A program made the position numbers and the translations under genes. Positions 17,411-26,744 of a stretch of 27,105 bases of DNA are shown here, piece after piece. The notes beneath the pieces are model-generated. The model was not told the DNA's origin. It did not search any database and saw nothing but the letters and a program-made list of their open reading frames with translations. Position 1 is the stretch's first letter. Every line of letters begins with the position of its first letter. The stretch is from Fidelibacterota bacterium (GTDB lineage Bacteria; Fidelibacterota; UBA2242): positions 1 to 27,105 of the forward strand of contig JBNGDF010000030.1 in assembly GCA_049975265.1 (NCBI GenBank), given 5' to 3'.

Positions 17411-18919
17411 GTGCCTGTATATCAATTGTTACAAAACGAGTGGATCAGCTTCGCCCTGTTTCTGATCCTGATCCTCGGATTCGTCGCATTCAGTGAGGTT
17501 CTGCAGAAACGATTCCGGATGTCCGGTGAAAATACCCGCCAGTTTGTTCATATCGGGGTCGGGGTATTGGTAACCACCAGCCCGTTTCTGTTCCGCTCTG
17601 CGGTTCAGCCGGCGGTTCTCGCAGGTATATTCATCCTGTTGAACGCTCTTGCCATAAAAAGCAATCAGATGAAAGGCATTCACACCACCGCCCGTTTCTC
17701 GCTGGGTACCGTTTTCTTCCCGGTCTCCTATCTGGTTTTGATTCTGCTATACTGGAAATCCCATCCGGAAATTCTAATCATCGGCATGCTGATCATGACC
17801 ATTGCCGATCCGATCGCTTCGCTGGTCGGCAATCGAACCCAAAATCCAAAAACCTTCATTCTCTGGAAAGATCAAAAGACCCTGCGGGGTTCCGTCGCGG
17901 TGTTTATCAGCAGCTTTCTGATTGTCACGCCCGGACTACTGATTCTGAACCGGATCGGTGTCGCGCCGGAATTGCCGTGGATCGGCTTGTTACTAACCGG
18001 GCTGACAGTCGCCATTGTGGCGGTATTAAGCGAAGGCATATCCTTTGCCGGTTCCGATAACCTGAGCCTGCCGCTGTTATCCGCCCTGATGCTGGATATC
18101 ATGCTCCGGATAGACACCTTACAACAGCTGTCCGTGATTGGCTGGATTCTTTTCTCGTTTCTGCTGGCTTTTCTCGCCTACCGGCTGAAAGCGCTGACTC
18201 TGGGTGGCACCGCCGGGGCTATGCTGCTCGGTTCCATTGTCTTTTCCATCGGCGGAATGTTTTGGGTGATCCCCATGGCGACATTCTTCGTTCTCTCTTC
18301 CATCCTTTCAAAAATCGGTAAAATGAAGCGTACGCTTTTAAAAGGGATGGTGGAGAAAGGTAGTCAGCGTGACATTCTTCAGGTTTTCGCTAATGGCGGC
18401 GTCGCCCTGCTCATGGCGGTGCTGTTTCACTTCACCGGAAACGATCTCTTTTATCTGATGTTTCTCGGATCACTGGCTGCCGCCACGGCGGACACCTGGG
18501 GCACGGAAATCGGCATTTTTGCCAAAAACGAGCCCCGGCATATTATTACGTTCAGCAAGGTACCTGCCGGAACGTCCGGCGGCGTGACGGCTCTCGGCAC
18601 TTCGGGATTTCTGATGGGGGCGGGAATTCTCACCCTCAGCGGTATCTTCCCGGTCTCAGGTTCCTTTGTACGGCTCTTTCTGATTATTGCCGTGAGCGGA
18701 ATTGTCGGGGCATTAATCGATTCAGTCGTGGGCGCCACCCTCCAGGCACAATACAAATGCTCCCAATGTCAAAAAACAACGGAAAAATTAGTCCATTGCG
18801 GTAATCATCCGACGGTGCATATCCGCGGAGTCCGCTGGATCGATAATGACGTTGTCAATGTTATCTGCACCAGCTCCGGTGCGCTTTTTGTTCTGCTCTT
18901 GCATACACTTCTACCATAG
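17411..18919 (+). CDS. Fusion of phytol/dolichol kinase-like (CTP-dependent) domain and DUF92/TMEM19 (VTE6-like) domain; integral membrane protein
   Basis: N-half: RQFVHIGVG, GTVFFPVS, ADPIASLVG, KTLRGS, SDNLSLPL. C-half: RDILQVFANGG, AAATADTWGTEIG, GTSGGVT..G, DSVVGATLQ, CxxC..HC, IDNDVVN. Confidence 0.88.
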   Translation: MPVYQLLQNEWISFALFLILILGFVAFSEVLQKRFRMSGENTRQFVHIGVGVLVTTSPFLFRSAVQPAVLAGIFILLNALAIKSNQMKGIHTTARFSLGTVFFPVSYLVLILLYWKSHPEILIIGMLIMTIADPIASLVGNRTQNPKTFILWKDQKTLRGSVAVFISSFLIVTPGLLILNRIGVAPELPWIGLLLTGLTVAIVAVLSEGISFAGSDNLSLPLLSALMLDIMLRIDTLQQLSVIGWILFSFLLAFLAYRLKALTLGGTAGAMLLGSIVFSIGGMFWVIPMATFFVLSSILSKIGKMKRTLLKGMVEKGSQRDILQVFANGGVALLMAVLFHFTGNDLFYLMFLGSLAAATADTWGTEIGIFAKNEPRHIITFSKVPAGTSGGVTALGTSGFLMGAGILTLSGIFPVSGSFVRLFLIIAVSGIVGALIDSVVGATLQAQYKCSQCQKTTEKLVHCGNHPTVHIRGVRWIDNDVVNVICTSSGALFVLLLHTLLP

Positions 18920-18920
18920 A

Positions 18921-21900
18921 TCAGATTTCACTGTCATCATTTGTTTCCACATGGCGGGTATCGATCCGACACACTTCATAATAGGGGCAGACACCGTGGT
19001 GACAGCGCTGTTTCAGATCATGAGGATCCAGGAAAAAATCACCTCCGGAGAGGCGCTGTAGCAGCTCTGTCACTTTTTCCCTGGTTTGCCGAAGCAGCTC
19101 CTCAATTACCTCATTCCCTTGCGGTTTGATTCTGTCAAACAGGGGTTCGGTCAGGAGCGCTTTGGCTACCCGCCCCTCATTAAAAATATAGGAATAGACA
19201 CCAGCAAAGCGGGTTTCGGCATACTGCTGCCGGTAAGCAAGCAGATAGAAGGGCAGTTGGAAATAGACCCCTTCCCTGAGTCCTTTCACGGGATCGTGGG
19301 TCGCTTTTGCCGAGCGTTTATATTCCAGGATCACCACACCGCCACCGGGATGCCGGTCGACGCGGTCAATCTTGACCTGGAAAGGAACGTCGATCTGACG
19401 ATCTCCCGATATCAACGGAAAATTCAGGCTAAACTGCAGCTCAAATTTTTCAGGCAAACAGCCACTGTCTAGGATGGCTCTTTCATGCTCAATGAAAAGA
19501 TCCAAGCCGCGCCGCAGGTCTGTCATTTTCTTATTCCAGACAGCATCGTCAATATAGCCAAAGGCAGATCGGTATTTTTTCCGGATCGACGCCAACACTG
19601 TATTGATTTCAGACTCCAAATCTCCCGAAATGAATCGGCTCCACGCAGGATAATCCGCCGTGTCAGCCTGTGTCATAAATTTTTCAAAGAGGGCATGGAT
19701 CAATACGCCATCAGAAAGCGCCGATACCTCCGCCAGCGGCTCTTCGGCGGCATCAATTTTCCACAGATACTGGCACAGATAGAGGAAAGGGCACCAGGCA
19801 TACTGCTGCAAACGGGTCACAGAGAGGGGTGAGCGAAAGCACCACTCCCGAAACCGGGAACTTGAGAGCACCCCGTTCCAGGGTCCCCGTATTCTCTGTT
19901 TGCGCTTTTCGACAGTCGTCATGCGCCCGGGTATATCTGCGGATGACCATCTCTCAATTCGGCTATCGAGGAATTCTCGACCGGCTTCATCCCAGGGGTA
20001 GAGCCAGCGATTGAGCAACAGATCACGTTCCGAAACAGAGCGATCAACGGCGGGAACAATCTCTGCCGGTGAAACAGCACAGTAACGGAAAACCTGTTTC
20101 AGTTCAGAATGATTTACCAGTAGCAGGCAATCATCCAGAAAGGGCGACGGCGCCAAAACTCGCCCGGTATTATCAAATTGCGGATATGTTATCAGCATTC
20201 TGACATCGGTCCGGTTCACCAAACTGAAAAACAGAAACTTATCCTCCAGAACATCGACTGCCATCGGCTTCAGAAGCGTTCTGCCGACGGTTTGGTTCAC
20301 CGTTTTCCGCTGCGAACCGTTCAATAGTGGATTTTCCCGACGATTCACCGGAAATTCGCCATCAATCATGCCCAGCAGGATAATCCCGTCGAAGCGCTCA
20401 CCGCGGAGGTCCATGACATTCCCAATCGTAACATCCGATCTCTCCTGAATGCCCTCATCCGGCACGGTCGTGTTCATCATAAGATTGTTGAATGCCATGA
20501 TAAAATTGCGCCGCTGGACGGTTTCATGATCATCGACAAGACTGTTTAAGTGGCGGAACACCTCCTGCAGTGCCCTTATGATATCCGCGCCGTCGTCTGG
20601 ATCGTATTTTTGCACCAGCTGTTGCACAATCATCAGATAGTCCGCCCAGCAGGCTTGCTTCGGCAGACTGATATCCTCCAGCAAACGCTGCAAAACGGGT
20701 AACAATTCGTCAATTTCCAGCAGTTCTTGTCGCAGAATATTGCGTTCTTTTAGGCTCTCATCATTTTCGTTAATCCAGGTTCTTAAAAATTCCTGCCGCT
20801 GGGTGAGCTGGTTAAGCCAGCTCTCCCGACTGAATGATAATCCCCAAGTGCCGGACCGATATTCAAATTTCTGAATAATCGTCTCACCATAAAAACGCCG
20901 AATGGCTTCAAAACGGGTCAGATCAATCAGACTTGCGCGGCAGAAATCGCGTTCATTCACATCAAAGATTTTCTGAACAATGCGCAGCGGGGTCGTCTCG
21001 CTGAGCAGCTGTGCATCCCTTTTTACCGGGATACCGGCTGTCGGGAAAATCAACCGGATCAGTTTCCTATAATCGTAACTGCCCCGAAAGGCGACGGCAA
21101 TTTTATCCGCCCGCAGCCCGTCGGCAATCCATTTCTTGACCGTCTGGGCGGCGGCATTCACCTCCTGGTGCCGGTTTGGGCAGCGCAGTAGAATCAGCGC
21201 CGTTTCCGACCAGTCATTGCAGAACTCCTGTGGCAACAGTTCGTAATTGATATCTGCCTCCATAGGATTACTCCGGTACAGCCCGGCGGCAATTTTTGAC
21301 AGCGGACGGGCAGACTCAGCCGGCATCGTTTCCATCGAGTAGTCGCGACGATCGATGATCTCTTCAACGGGTTTAACAAAACGGAGTGCCGGATGGTCAT
21401 CTTTGATTGGGTAGTAGACCGTCGCCACAGGATAGCAATCTATCAGACAGTTTAAAATTTTTCGTTGAATAGGATTGAATTCATAAAAGCCAGCCACAAG
21501 GAGCAGGTCTTCCGAAGGTTGGTATGCACCGGCGCACAGGCGCTCTGAAAAAAGCAGCAGCAACGTTGCCGATGAACAGAGATGTCGCTCATCTGCAGTA
21601 CGGAGACCGTTCAGCAGGCAGTCAATAAAAGGCGCCAAATCGGGACAAACCGCCGGCAGTTGGCTCAGTTCGGTGCGACTCAAGCCGGTCTCCTGCAGTT
21701 CAGTAACAACCTCCCGGATCAGAGCCAGGGTACCCGGCTTCAAAGATGGAAAGAGTGAGCGGTTTTTTTTCAAAAAATCAAACAGCAGTAGCCACTCTTC
21801 ACCGGCACCGATAATCCGGTAGGCACGCTGGGCAACGTCCATTGTTCTCTTTGCCCAGGCAAGATAGTTGCCAAAGAACAGCTGACCGGGCAGAATCCGG

Positions 21901-22064
21901 TTGTTCTTTGATATCAGGGTCTCTTTTAACCGGAGAATGTGGCGGGCGGATGGTAACAGAAACGCCACCTTTCGCCCTTCTTGAATATCGTCTGACACCG
22001 TTTTCGTGATATGACGATTCAGATCGGAGGAAACGGGGTGCGACACAATTTTCAGGTTTGTCAT
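18921..22064 (-). CDS. addB: AddB-like protein: degenerate helicase scaffold + Fe-S PD-(D/E)xK nuclease
   Basis: LLVAGFYEFNP, EV..AA..V, LGMIDGEFP, PSPFL, LSVTRLQQYAWCPF, KIDRVD...ILEYK, QLPFY, C-terminal CHHGVCPYYEVC completing a four-Cys cluster. Confidence 0.85.
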   Translation of the reverse strand: MTNLKIVSHPVSSDLNRHITKTVSDDIQEGRKVAFLLPSARHILRLKETLISKNNRILPGQLFFGNYLAWAKRTMDVAQRAYRIIGAGEEWLLLFDFLKKNRSLFPSLKPGTLALIREVVTELQETGLSRTELSQLPAVCPDLAPFIDCLLNGLRTADERHLCSSATLLLLFSERLCAGAYQPSEDLLLVAGFYEFNPIQRKILNCLIDCYPVATVYYPIKDDHPALRFVKPVEEIIDRRDYSMETMPAESARPLSKIAAGLYRSNPMEADINYELLPQEFCNDWSETALILLRCPNRHQEVNAAAQTVKKWIADGLRADKIAVAFRGSYDYRKLIRLIFPTAGIPVKRDAQLLSETTPLRIVQKIFDVNERDFCRASLIDLTRFEAIRRFYGETIIQKFEYRSGTWGLSFSRESWLNQLTQRQEFLRTWINENDESLKERNILRQELLEIDELLPVLQRLLEDISLPKQACWADYLMIVQQLVQKYDPDDGADIIRALQEVFRHLNSLVDDHETVQRRNFIMAFNNLMMNTTVPDEGIQERSDVTIGNVMDLRGERFDGIILLGMIDGEFPVNRRENPLLNGSQRKTVNQTVGRTLLKPMAVDVLEDKFLFFSLVNRTDVRMLITYPQFDNTGRVLAPSPFLDDCLLLVNHSELKQVFRYCAVSPAEIVPAVDRSVSERDLLLNRWLYPWDEAGREFLDSRIERWSSADIPGRMTTVEKRKQRIRGPWNGVLSSSRFREWCFRSPLSVTRLQQYAWCPFLYLCQYLWKIDAAEEPLAEVSALSDGVLIHALFEKFMTQADTADYPAWSRFISGDLESEINTVLASIRKKYRSAFGYIDDAVWNKKMTDLRRGLDLFIEHERAILDSGCLPEKFELQFSLNFPLISGDRQIDVPFQVKIDRVDRHPGGGVVILEYKRSAKATHDPVKGLREGVYFQLPFYLLAYRQQYAETRFAGVYSYIFNEGRVAKALLTEPLFDRIKPQGNEVIEELLRQTREKVTELLQRLSGGDFFLDPHDLKQRCHHGVCPYYEVCRIDTRHVETNDDSEI

Positions 22065-22072
22065 AACGGTTA

Positions 22073-22101
22073 AATCTAAGAGAAATGGACTTCAGAGCCA
22101 A
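22073..22101 (-). promoter_or_regulatory. Putative sigma70 promoter of addB (near-leaderless)
   Basis: Minus strand TTGGCT-N17-TAGATT-N8-ATG; no SD. Confidence 0.5.
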
Positions 22102-22269
22102 GAAATTCGTGGCACCGGGAGCCGGTTTGATCCCGTTACATGGCTTATCAATTCCGGCTTTGACTGCCGGGCACACTGCTGTTTATAACGATAACCGGAT
22201 ATCCTCTGCGGTGCAAATAGCTGGTTTTGATGCCTAACATTCTGAAAAAATTATTTTTAAAAAAAGCTT

Positions 22270-22298
22270 TTGCTATGTTCAACTTTTTATTATAAACT
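22270..22298 (+). promoter_or_regulatory. Putative sigma70 promoter of the RRM gene with A/T-rich UP region
   Basis: TTGCTA-N17-TAAACT preceded by AAAAAATTATTTTTAAAAAAAG; implies a leader of about 180 nt. Confidence 0.5.
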
Positions 22299-22374
22299 GT
22301 GACGTTATTTGATTTGATAGAATATCTTCCTGATATTTTTATCAAAAGGAGTCGTTTAATCACAAAGCTACGTC

Positions 22375-22484
22375 TCTTCTCACGTGAATTCAATCGTTCA
22401 AATTTCGCCGGTAAAGTTGCTTTTGCACTCTCCCATGCAAATTCGACATGAAGGCACGTTGAGAAGAATCGCAAGGAGAATTGC
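22375..22484 (+). promoter_or_regulatory. Candidate structured 5' UTR of the RRM gene
   Basis: TCTTCTCACGTG (22375-86) pairs with CACGTTGAGAAGA (22455-67); inner hairpin TTTGCA-CTCTCCCA-TGCAAA; SD hairpin GCAA-GGAGAA-TTGC. Confidence 0.5.
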
Positions 22485-22754
22485 ATGCAAGGCAGTAAAC
22501 TGTACGTGGGGAATTTGAAATATTCCGTCACCAATGAGCAGTTGGAAGAGCTGTTCAAAGACCACGGCGAAGTAAAAAATGTCAACATCATTCCCAACAA
22601 GGGATTTGGATTTGTTGAAATGAGCAGCGCCGAAGAAGCCGAAAAAATCAAAGAAGAGTTCGATGGTAAGGAATTCGAGGGCCGCACACTGAGGATCGAC
22701 GAAGCCCGTCCGCCAAAGCCGCGGTTTTCCAAAGATTCCAACCGCCAATTTTAA
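22485..22754 (+). CDS. Single-RRM RNA-binding protein (bacterial Rbp type)
   Basis: RNP2 KLYVGNL, RNP1 KGFGFVEM, GRTLRIDEARP; AAGGAG SD. Confidence 0.96.
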   Translation: MQGSKLYVGNLKYSVTNEQLEELFKDHGEVKNVNIIPNKGFGFVEMSSAEEAEKIKEEFDGKEFEGRTLRIDEARPPKPRFSKDSNRQF

Positions 22755-22788
22755 AGAACCGGCGTTTAATCTACTAAAATAATATTAA

Positions 22789-22833
22789 ACCGTTTATACC
22801 CTTTCCTGCCCGTCACAGATAGGGTAAAGCGGT
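22789..22833. terminator. Hairpin between the convergent RRM and U32 genes
   Basis: ACCGTTTATACCCT ... AGGGTAAAGCGGT imperfect inverted repeat; no clear U-tract. Confidence 0.35.
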
Positions 22834-22839
22834 ACATTA

Positions 22840-24090
22840 TTAAGACACATTCACCAGTTTGTACAGCCGATCGGAAGGTCGGATCGGTGACGCCAATCGG
22901 AAAGTCACATGGTCCCCTTTCCCGGCGGTCCGGACAGGGTTTTCCGCCACCCATATCTCGTCGAGGACAATCTCCATCACGCCGGTGGTAGGACCGGTAA
23001 TCAACACCCGTTCCCCGACAGATAATGAGCCGGCTTCAATGATAAATTCGGCAACCTGCTGCTTTTTGAAATAATTTACCCCTTTGCCAAGATAGCATCT
23101 GCGGCGGGTAGCCTGTGACCCGTAACTGCTGCTCCACTCGCCCAATCGCTGACCCAGATAATAGCCATCCCAGAAACCGCGGTTAAAGACCATTGCCAGC
23201 CGCTTTTGCCAATCCTTGATTTTCTCAGCTGAATAACATCCCTCACAGACGGCGGAAACCGCATGGGAATAGCATTCACATACTGTCCTGACGTACTCGG
23301 GCGGGCGGGCGCGACCTTCGATTTTCAGGGCATTGACTCCGGCGGCGAGGATTTTGTCCAGAAAGTGAATCGTCATCAGGTCTTTTGGCGACATGATAAA
23401 CTCGTGATCTATTTCCAGCTCGGCACCGGTCTCTTTGTCGCGGGCAATATACGCCCGTCGGCAGATTTGCAGACACTCGCCGCGATTGGCGGAATGATTC
23501 GCCTGATGCAGCGACAGGTAACATTTCCCGGAAATCGCCATACAGAGAGCGCCGTGAACAAAGAGCTCCAGCCGGACCGGAGCACCGGAAGGACCACAGA
23601 TTTGCTCACTTTCAATCGCCGTCGCAATAGTCCGAATCTGCTCCAAAGTCAGTTCTCGCGCCGGTACGATCAGATCGGCGAATTGGGCATAAAAGCGTAG
23701 CGCTTCAAGATTGCTGACATTCGCCTGGGTGGAGAGATGGACCGGCAAACCTTTGTGACGGATATAGGTAAGAGCCGCCGGATCAGTGGCGATGACGGCA
23801 TCGACACCGCTCGTTTTGGCACGGTCAACAATCGCCTGCATCTGTCGCAGGTCGCGGTCATACAGAATCGTATTCAGGGTTAGATAGGTTTTGAGATTTG
23901 CGGCATGGGCAATTGTAATCACTCTAGTCAGATCGTCCAGGCGAAAGTTGGTCGCCGACCCGGACCGCATGTTCAGTTGCTCAATCCCGAAATAAACCGC
24001 ATCGGCGTTACCCTGAATCGCCGCACGGAGGGATTCCCAGGAACCTACCGGAGCAATAATCTCAATATCTCTGCGGTGGATGGTCTGCAT
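22840..24090 (-). CDS. Peptidase U32 family protein (TrhP/RlhA-like Fe-S RNA hydroxylase)
   Basis: EIIAPVG, ADAVYFG, HLSTQANVSN, PARELTL, ELFVHGALCMAISGKCYLS, NRGECLQICR, MSPKDL, LKIEGR, FNRGF..GY, C-terminal beta-barrel. Confidence 0.93.
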   Translation of the reverse strand: MQTIHRRDIEIIAPVGSWESLRAAIQGNADAVYFGIEQLNMRSGSATNFRLDDLTRVITIAHAANLKTYLTLNTILYDRDLRQMQAIVDRAKTSGVDAVIATDPAALTYIRHKGLPVHLSTQANVSNLEALRFYAQFADLIVPARELTLEQIRTIATAIESEQICGPSGAPVRLELFVHGALCMAISGKCYLSLHQANHSANRGECLQICRRAYIARDKETGAELEIDHEFIMSPKDLMTIHFLDKILAAGVNALKIEGRARPPEYVRTVCECYSHAVSAVCEGCYSAEKIKDWQKRLAMVFNRGFWDGYYLGQRLGEWSSSYGSQATRRRCYLGKGVNYFKKQQVAEFIIEAGSLSVGERVLITGPTTGVMEIVLDEIWVAENPVRTAGKGDHVTFRLASPIRPSDRLYKLVNVS

Positions 24091-24096
24091 GGCGGG

Positions 24097-24125
24097 AAAT
24101 TAGGCATTCACCGGCATTTATTCAA
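24097..24125 (-). promoter_or_regulatory. Putative leaderless promoter of the U32 gene
   Basis: Minus strand TTGAAT-N17-TAATTT-N6-ATG; no SD. Confidence 0.6.
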
Positions 24126-24152
24126 AATCAATTTCCTGCTGAATGAGTCGTC

Positions 24153-24181
24153 TTGTTTAGGGACGGCGTTTTTCATAAATT
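24153..24181 (+). promoter_or_regulatory. Putative leaderless promoter of lepA
   Basis: TTGTTT-N17-TAAATT-N6-ATG; no SD. Confidence 0.55.
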
Positions 24182-24187
24182 TGTTCG

Positions 24188-25984
24188 ATGAAATTAAATG
24201 TTCGAAATTTTTCCATTGTTGCCCATATCGATCACGGCAAATCTACCCTGGCTGACCGGATGCTGGAGCATACCGGCACCATCAGTCAGCGGGAGATGAA
24301 GTCACAGGTTCTCGATAATATGGACCTGGAGCGGGAACGCGGTATTACCATTAAATCGCATCCGATTCAGATGCAGTATCGGCACACCGATGGCAAACGT
24401 TATACGCTTAATCTGATTGATACACCGGGGCATGTGGATTTTTCGTACGAAGTGTCTCGCAGTCTGGCGGCTTGCGAGGGGGCGCTTCTGCTGGTTGACG
24501 CCTCTCAGGGGGTCGAGGCGCAGACGGTCAGCAATGCCTACCTGGCGCTTGAAAACGATCTGGCGATTGTGCCGATTATTAACAAGATTGATCTGCCGGG
24601 CGCCGATGTCGAGAGTGCGAGGCATCAGCTGATGGACCTGATCGGCTGTCATGAGGATGAGATCATCCTGACCAGCGCAAAAAGCGGTCAGGGTCTGGAT
24701 ACAGTTTTTCAGGCGATTATTGAAAAAATTCCGGCACCCGATTATCATCCGGAGCTTCCCTTTCGGGCATTGATTTTTGATTCAGTGTTTGATCCCTTCC
24801 GTGGCGCCATTGCCTATGTGCGGGTATTTGACGGTGAAGTCCATACGGGTGATATGATCCGCTTTTTTACTAATGCCAGCGCTTATGAGGTTGCCGAAGT
24901 GGGCTATTTCAAGATGGGGCGGATCAAGACAGACCGGCTGGTCTCCGGAGATGTGGGCTACATTATTGCCGGCGTCAAGGATATATCGAAAATCAAGGTT
25001 GGTGACACCATTATGGTCCGGAATCGACCGGCGGACAAACCGCTGCCCGGCTATCGGGAAATTAAGCCCATGGTATTCAGCGGGATGTATCCGGTGGATG
25101 CCGATGATTTCGAGGATTTGCGCAGTTCGCTGGAGAAGATGGTCTTAAACGATTCAGCGCTGGTTTATGAGGCGGAGACCTCAACAGCACTGGGGTTCGG
25201 TTTTCGCTGCGGTTATCTCGGATTGCTGCATATGGAGGTGGTACAGGAGCGCCTGGAGCGGGAGTTTGATCTCGATTTGATCACCACGATGCCGAATGTC
25301 CGCTACCGGGCGATTTTGAAAAGCGGTGAAACCGTCGAAATTCACAATCCCTCTTACATGCCCGCGGCGGGAGACATCGAGCGAATTGACGAACCGTATG
25401 TCAACGCCGAGATTATTGTTCAGCCCGAATATCTGGGCAATGTTCTGAAGCTTTGCCAGGAGAAGAGGGGTATCTACAAAACCACGCATTATCTGGATGC
25501 CGGCAAGGTCCAGATTATTTATGAATTGCCGCTGGGTGAAATTGTATTTGATTTTTTTGACACGTTGAAATCGGTGAGTCGGGGATATGCCTCTCTGGAT
25601 TACGAACCTATCGGATTCCGACCGGGCGATCTGGTAAAGCTGGATATATTGATTAATGGTGACCCGGTGGATGCCCTGTCGTGGATCGTGCATCGCAGTA
25701 ATGCATTTTACCATGGGCGGGATTTTTGTAACAAGCTGAAGGAATTAATCCCCAGACAGCTGTACGAGGTGGTCATTCAGGCGGCGATCGGCAGTAAAGT
25801 TATTGCCCGGACAGCGGTCAAGCCGCTGCGTAAGAATGTGACCGCCAAGTGTTACGGTGGTGATATTACCCGGAAACGCAAATTACTGGAAAAACAGAAA
25901 GAGGGCAAGAAGCGGATGAAACAGGTCGGGCGGGTCGAAATTCCGCAGGAAGCCTTTCTGGCGGTATTGAAAATGGAGCATTAA
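24188..25984 (+). CDS. lepA: Elongation factor 4 (LepA)
   Basis: [84 protein letters not shown]. Confidence 0.99.
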   Translation: MKLNVRNFSIVAHIDHGKSTLADRMLEHTGTISQREMKSQVLDNMDLERERGITIKSHPIQMQYRHTDGKRYTLNLIDTPGHVDFSYEVSRSLAACEGALLLVDASQGVEAQTVSNAYLALENDLAIVPIINKIDLPGADVESARHQLMDLIGCHEDEIILTSAKSGQGLDTVFQAIIEKIPAPDYHPELPFRALIFDSVFDPFRGAIAYVRVFDGEVHTGDMIRFFTNASAYEVAEVGYFKMGRIKTDRLVSGDVGYIIAGVKDISKIKVGDTIMVRNRPADKPLPGYREIKPMVFSGMYPVDADDFEDLRSSLEKMVLNDSALVYEAETSTALGFGFRCGYLGLLHMEVVQERLEREFDLDLITTMPNVRYRAILKSGETVEIHNPSYMPAAGDIERIDEPYVNAEIIVQPEYLGNVLKLCQEKRGIYKTTHYLDAGKVQIIYELPLGEIVFDFFDTLKSVSRGYASLDYEPIGFRPGDLVKLDILINGDPVDALSWIVHRSNAFYHGRDFCNKLKELIPRQLYEVVIQAAIGSKVIARTAVKPLRKNVTAKCYGGDITRKRKLLEKQKEGKKRMKQVGRVEIPQEAFLAVLKMEH

Positions 25985-26031
25985 ATGATTCGCCCATGGA
26001 TGTGAATCTTTACAATTAATGTACAGATGTA

Positions 26032-26742
26032 ATGGAATTATTGAAAAACTATTGGCGGCAATCGAAATCCCCGTTGAATAGTCTGCTTTTTACATTACCA
26101 CTGCTGATCGGCTATGAGTTGCTGATTTTCAGTTTTAACCATTCGGATATTGTCGGTTTGCGCAATGGCGCCGATGTTCTCTTCCGCCAGTTTTTTGCAA
26201 TGTTCAATATCTACGGTTTCTATCTGGTGGGATTTATGGTTTTATCGGCGCTGTTGATCGCCTACTATTTTCAGGTGCGGCGGGGAAACCAACCGGAATT
26301 TCGGGTTCAATTTTTTCTGATGATGCTGCTGGAAAGTATCCTATTTGCATTGGTAATGTATATTTTGGTCGATAAAATTGGCACGGCACTGCTTACCTTG
26401 ACACCGGTTCAGGGGAAAAGGGAATTGATCATACTGGTATTGGGTGCAGGAGTGTATGAGGAATTCATTTTTCGGGTGGTATTGATTAGTGGTTTCACCT
26501 TTTTTCTGAAGGATATTTTACGACTACGGGCGGTGACATCAACGATTATGGCGATCGTGATTGCTTCGCTGATCTTCTCTCTGTTTCACTATTTGGGCAG
26601 TTTGGGTGATACGTTCGAAATTCAGACCTTTCTGATTCGATTTGTGGCGGGCATTTTTTTATCGTTTATATTTGTATTGCGCGGATACGGTATTACAGCG
26701 TATACGCATACAATTTATGATTTCATCGTAATTCTGTTATAG
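26032..26742 (+). CDS. CPBP family (CAAX/Abi) intramembrane metalloprotease
   Basis: Multi-TM protein with EEFIFR, FSLFH and HTIYD motifs. Confidence 0.88.
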   Translation: MELLKNYWRQSKSPLNSLLFTLPLLIGYELLIFSFNHSDIVGLRNGADVLFRQFFAMFNIYGFYLVGFMVLSALLIAYYFQVRRGNQPEFRVQFFLMMLLESILFALVMYILVDKIGTALLTLTPVQGKRELIILVLGAGVYEEFIFRVVLISGFTFFLKDILRLRAVTSTIMAIVIASLIFSLFHYLGSLGDTFEIQTFLIRFVAGIFLSFIFVLRGYGITAYTHTIYDFIVILL

Positions 26743-26744
26743 AG

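Noticed and set aside
13937..22064. Novel helicase-nuclease defence system
   Set aside because: Sizes and motifs fit housekeeping AddAB recombination/repair proteins, and the neighbours are core genes rather than a defence island.
22148..22748. 197-aa and 116-aa minus-strand ORFs
   Set aside because: Antisense to the RRM gene and its AT-rich promoter and leader; composition is not protein-like.
3656..24090. Functional link between pheA and the prephenate-dependent U32 hydroxylase
   Set aside because: They are about 18 kb apart in unrelated transcription units; co-occurrence in the window is probably chance.
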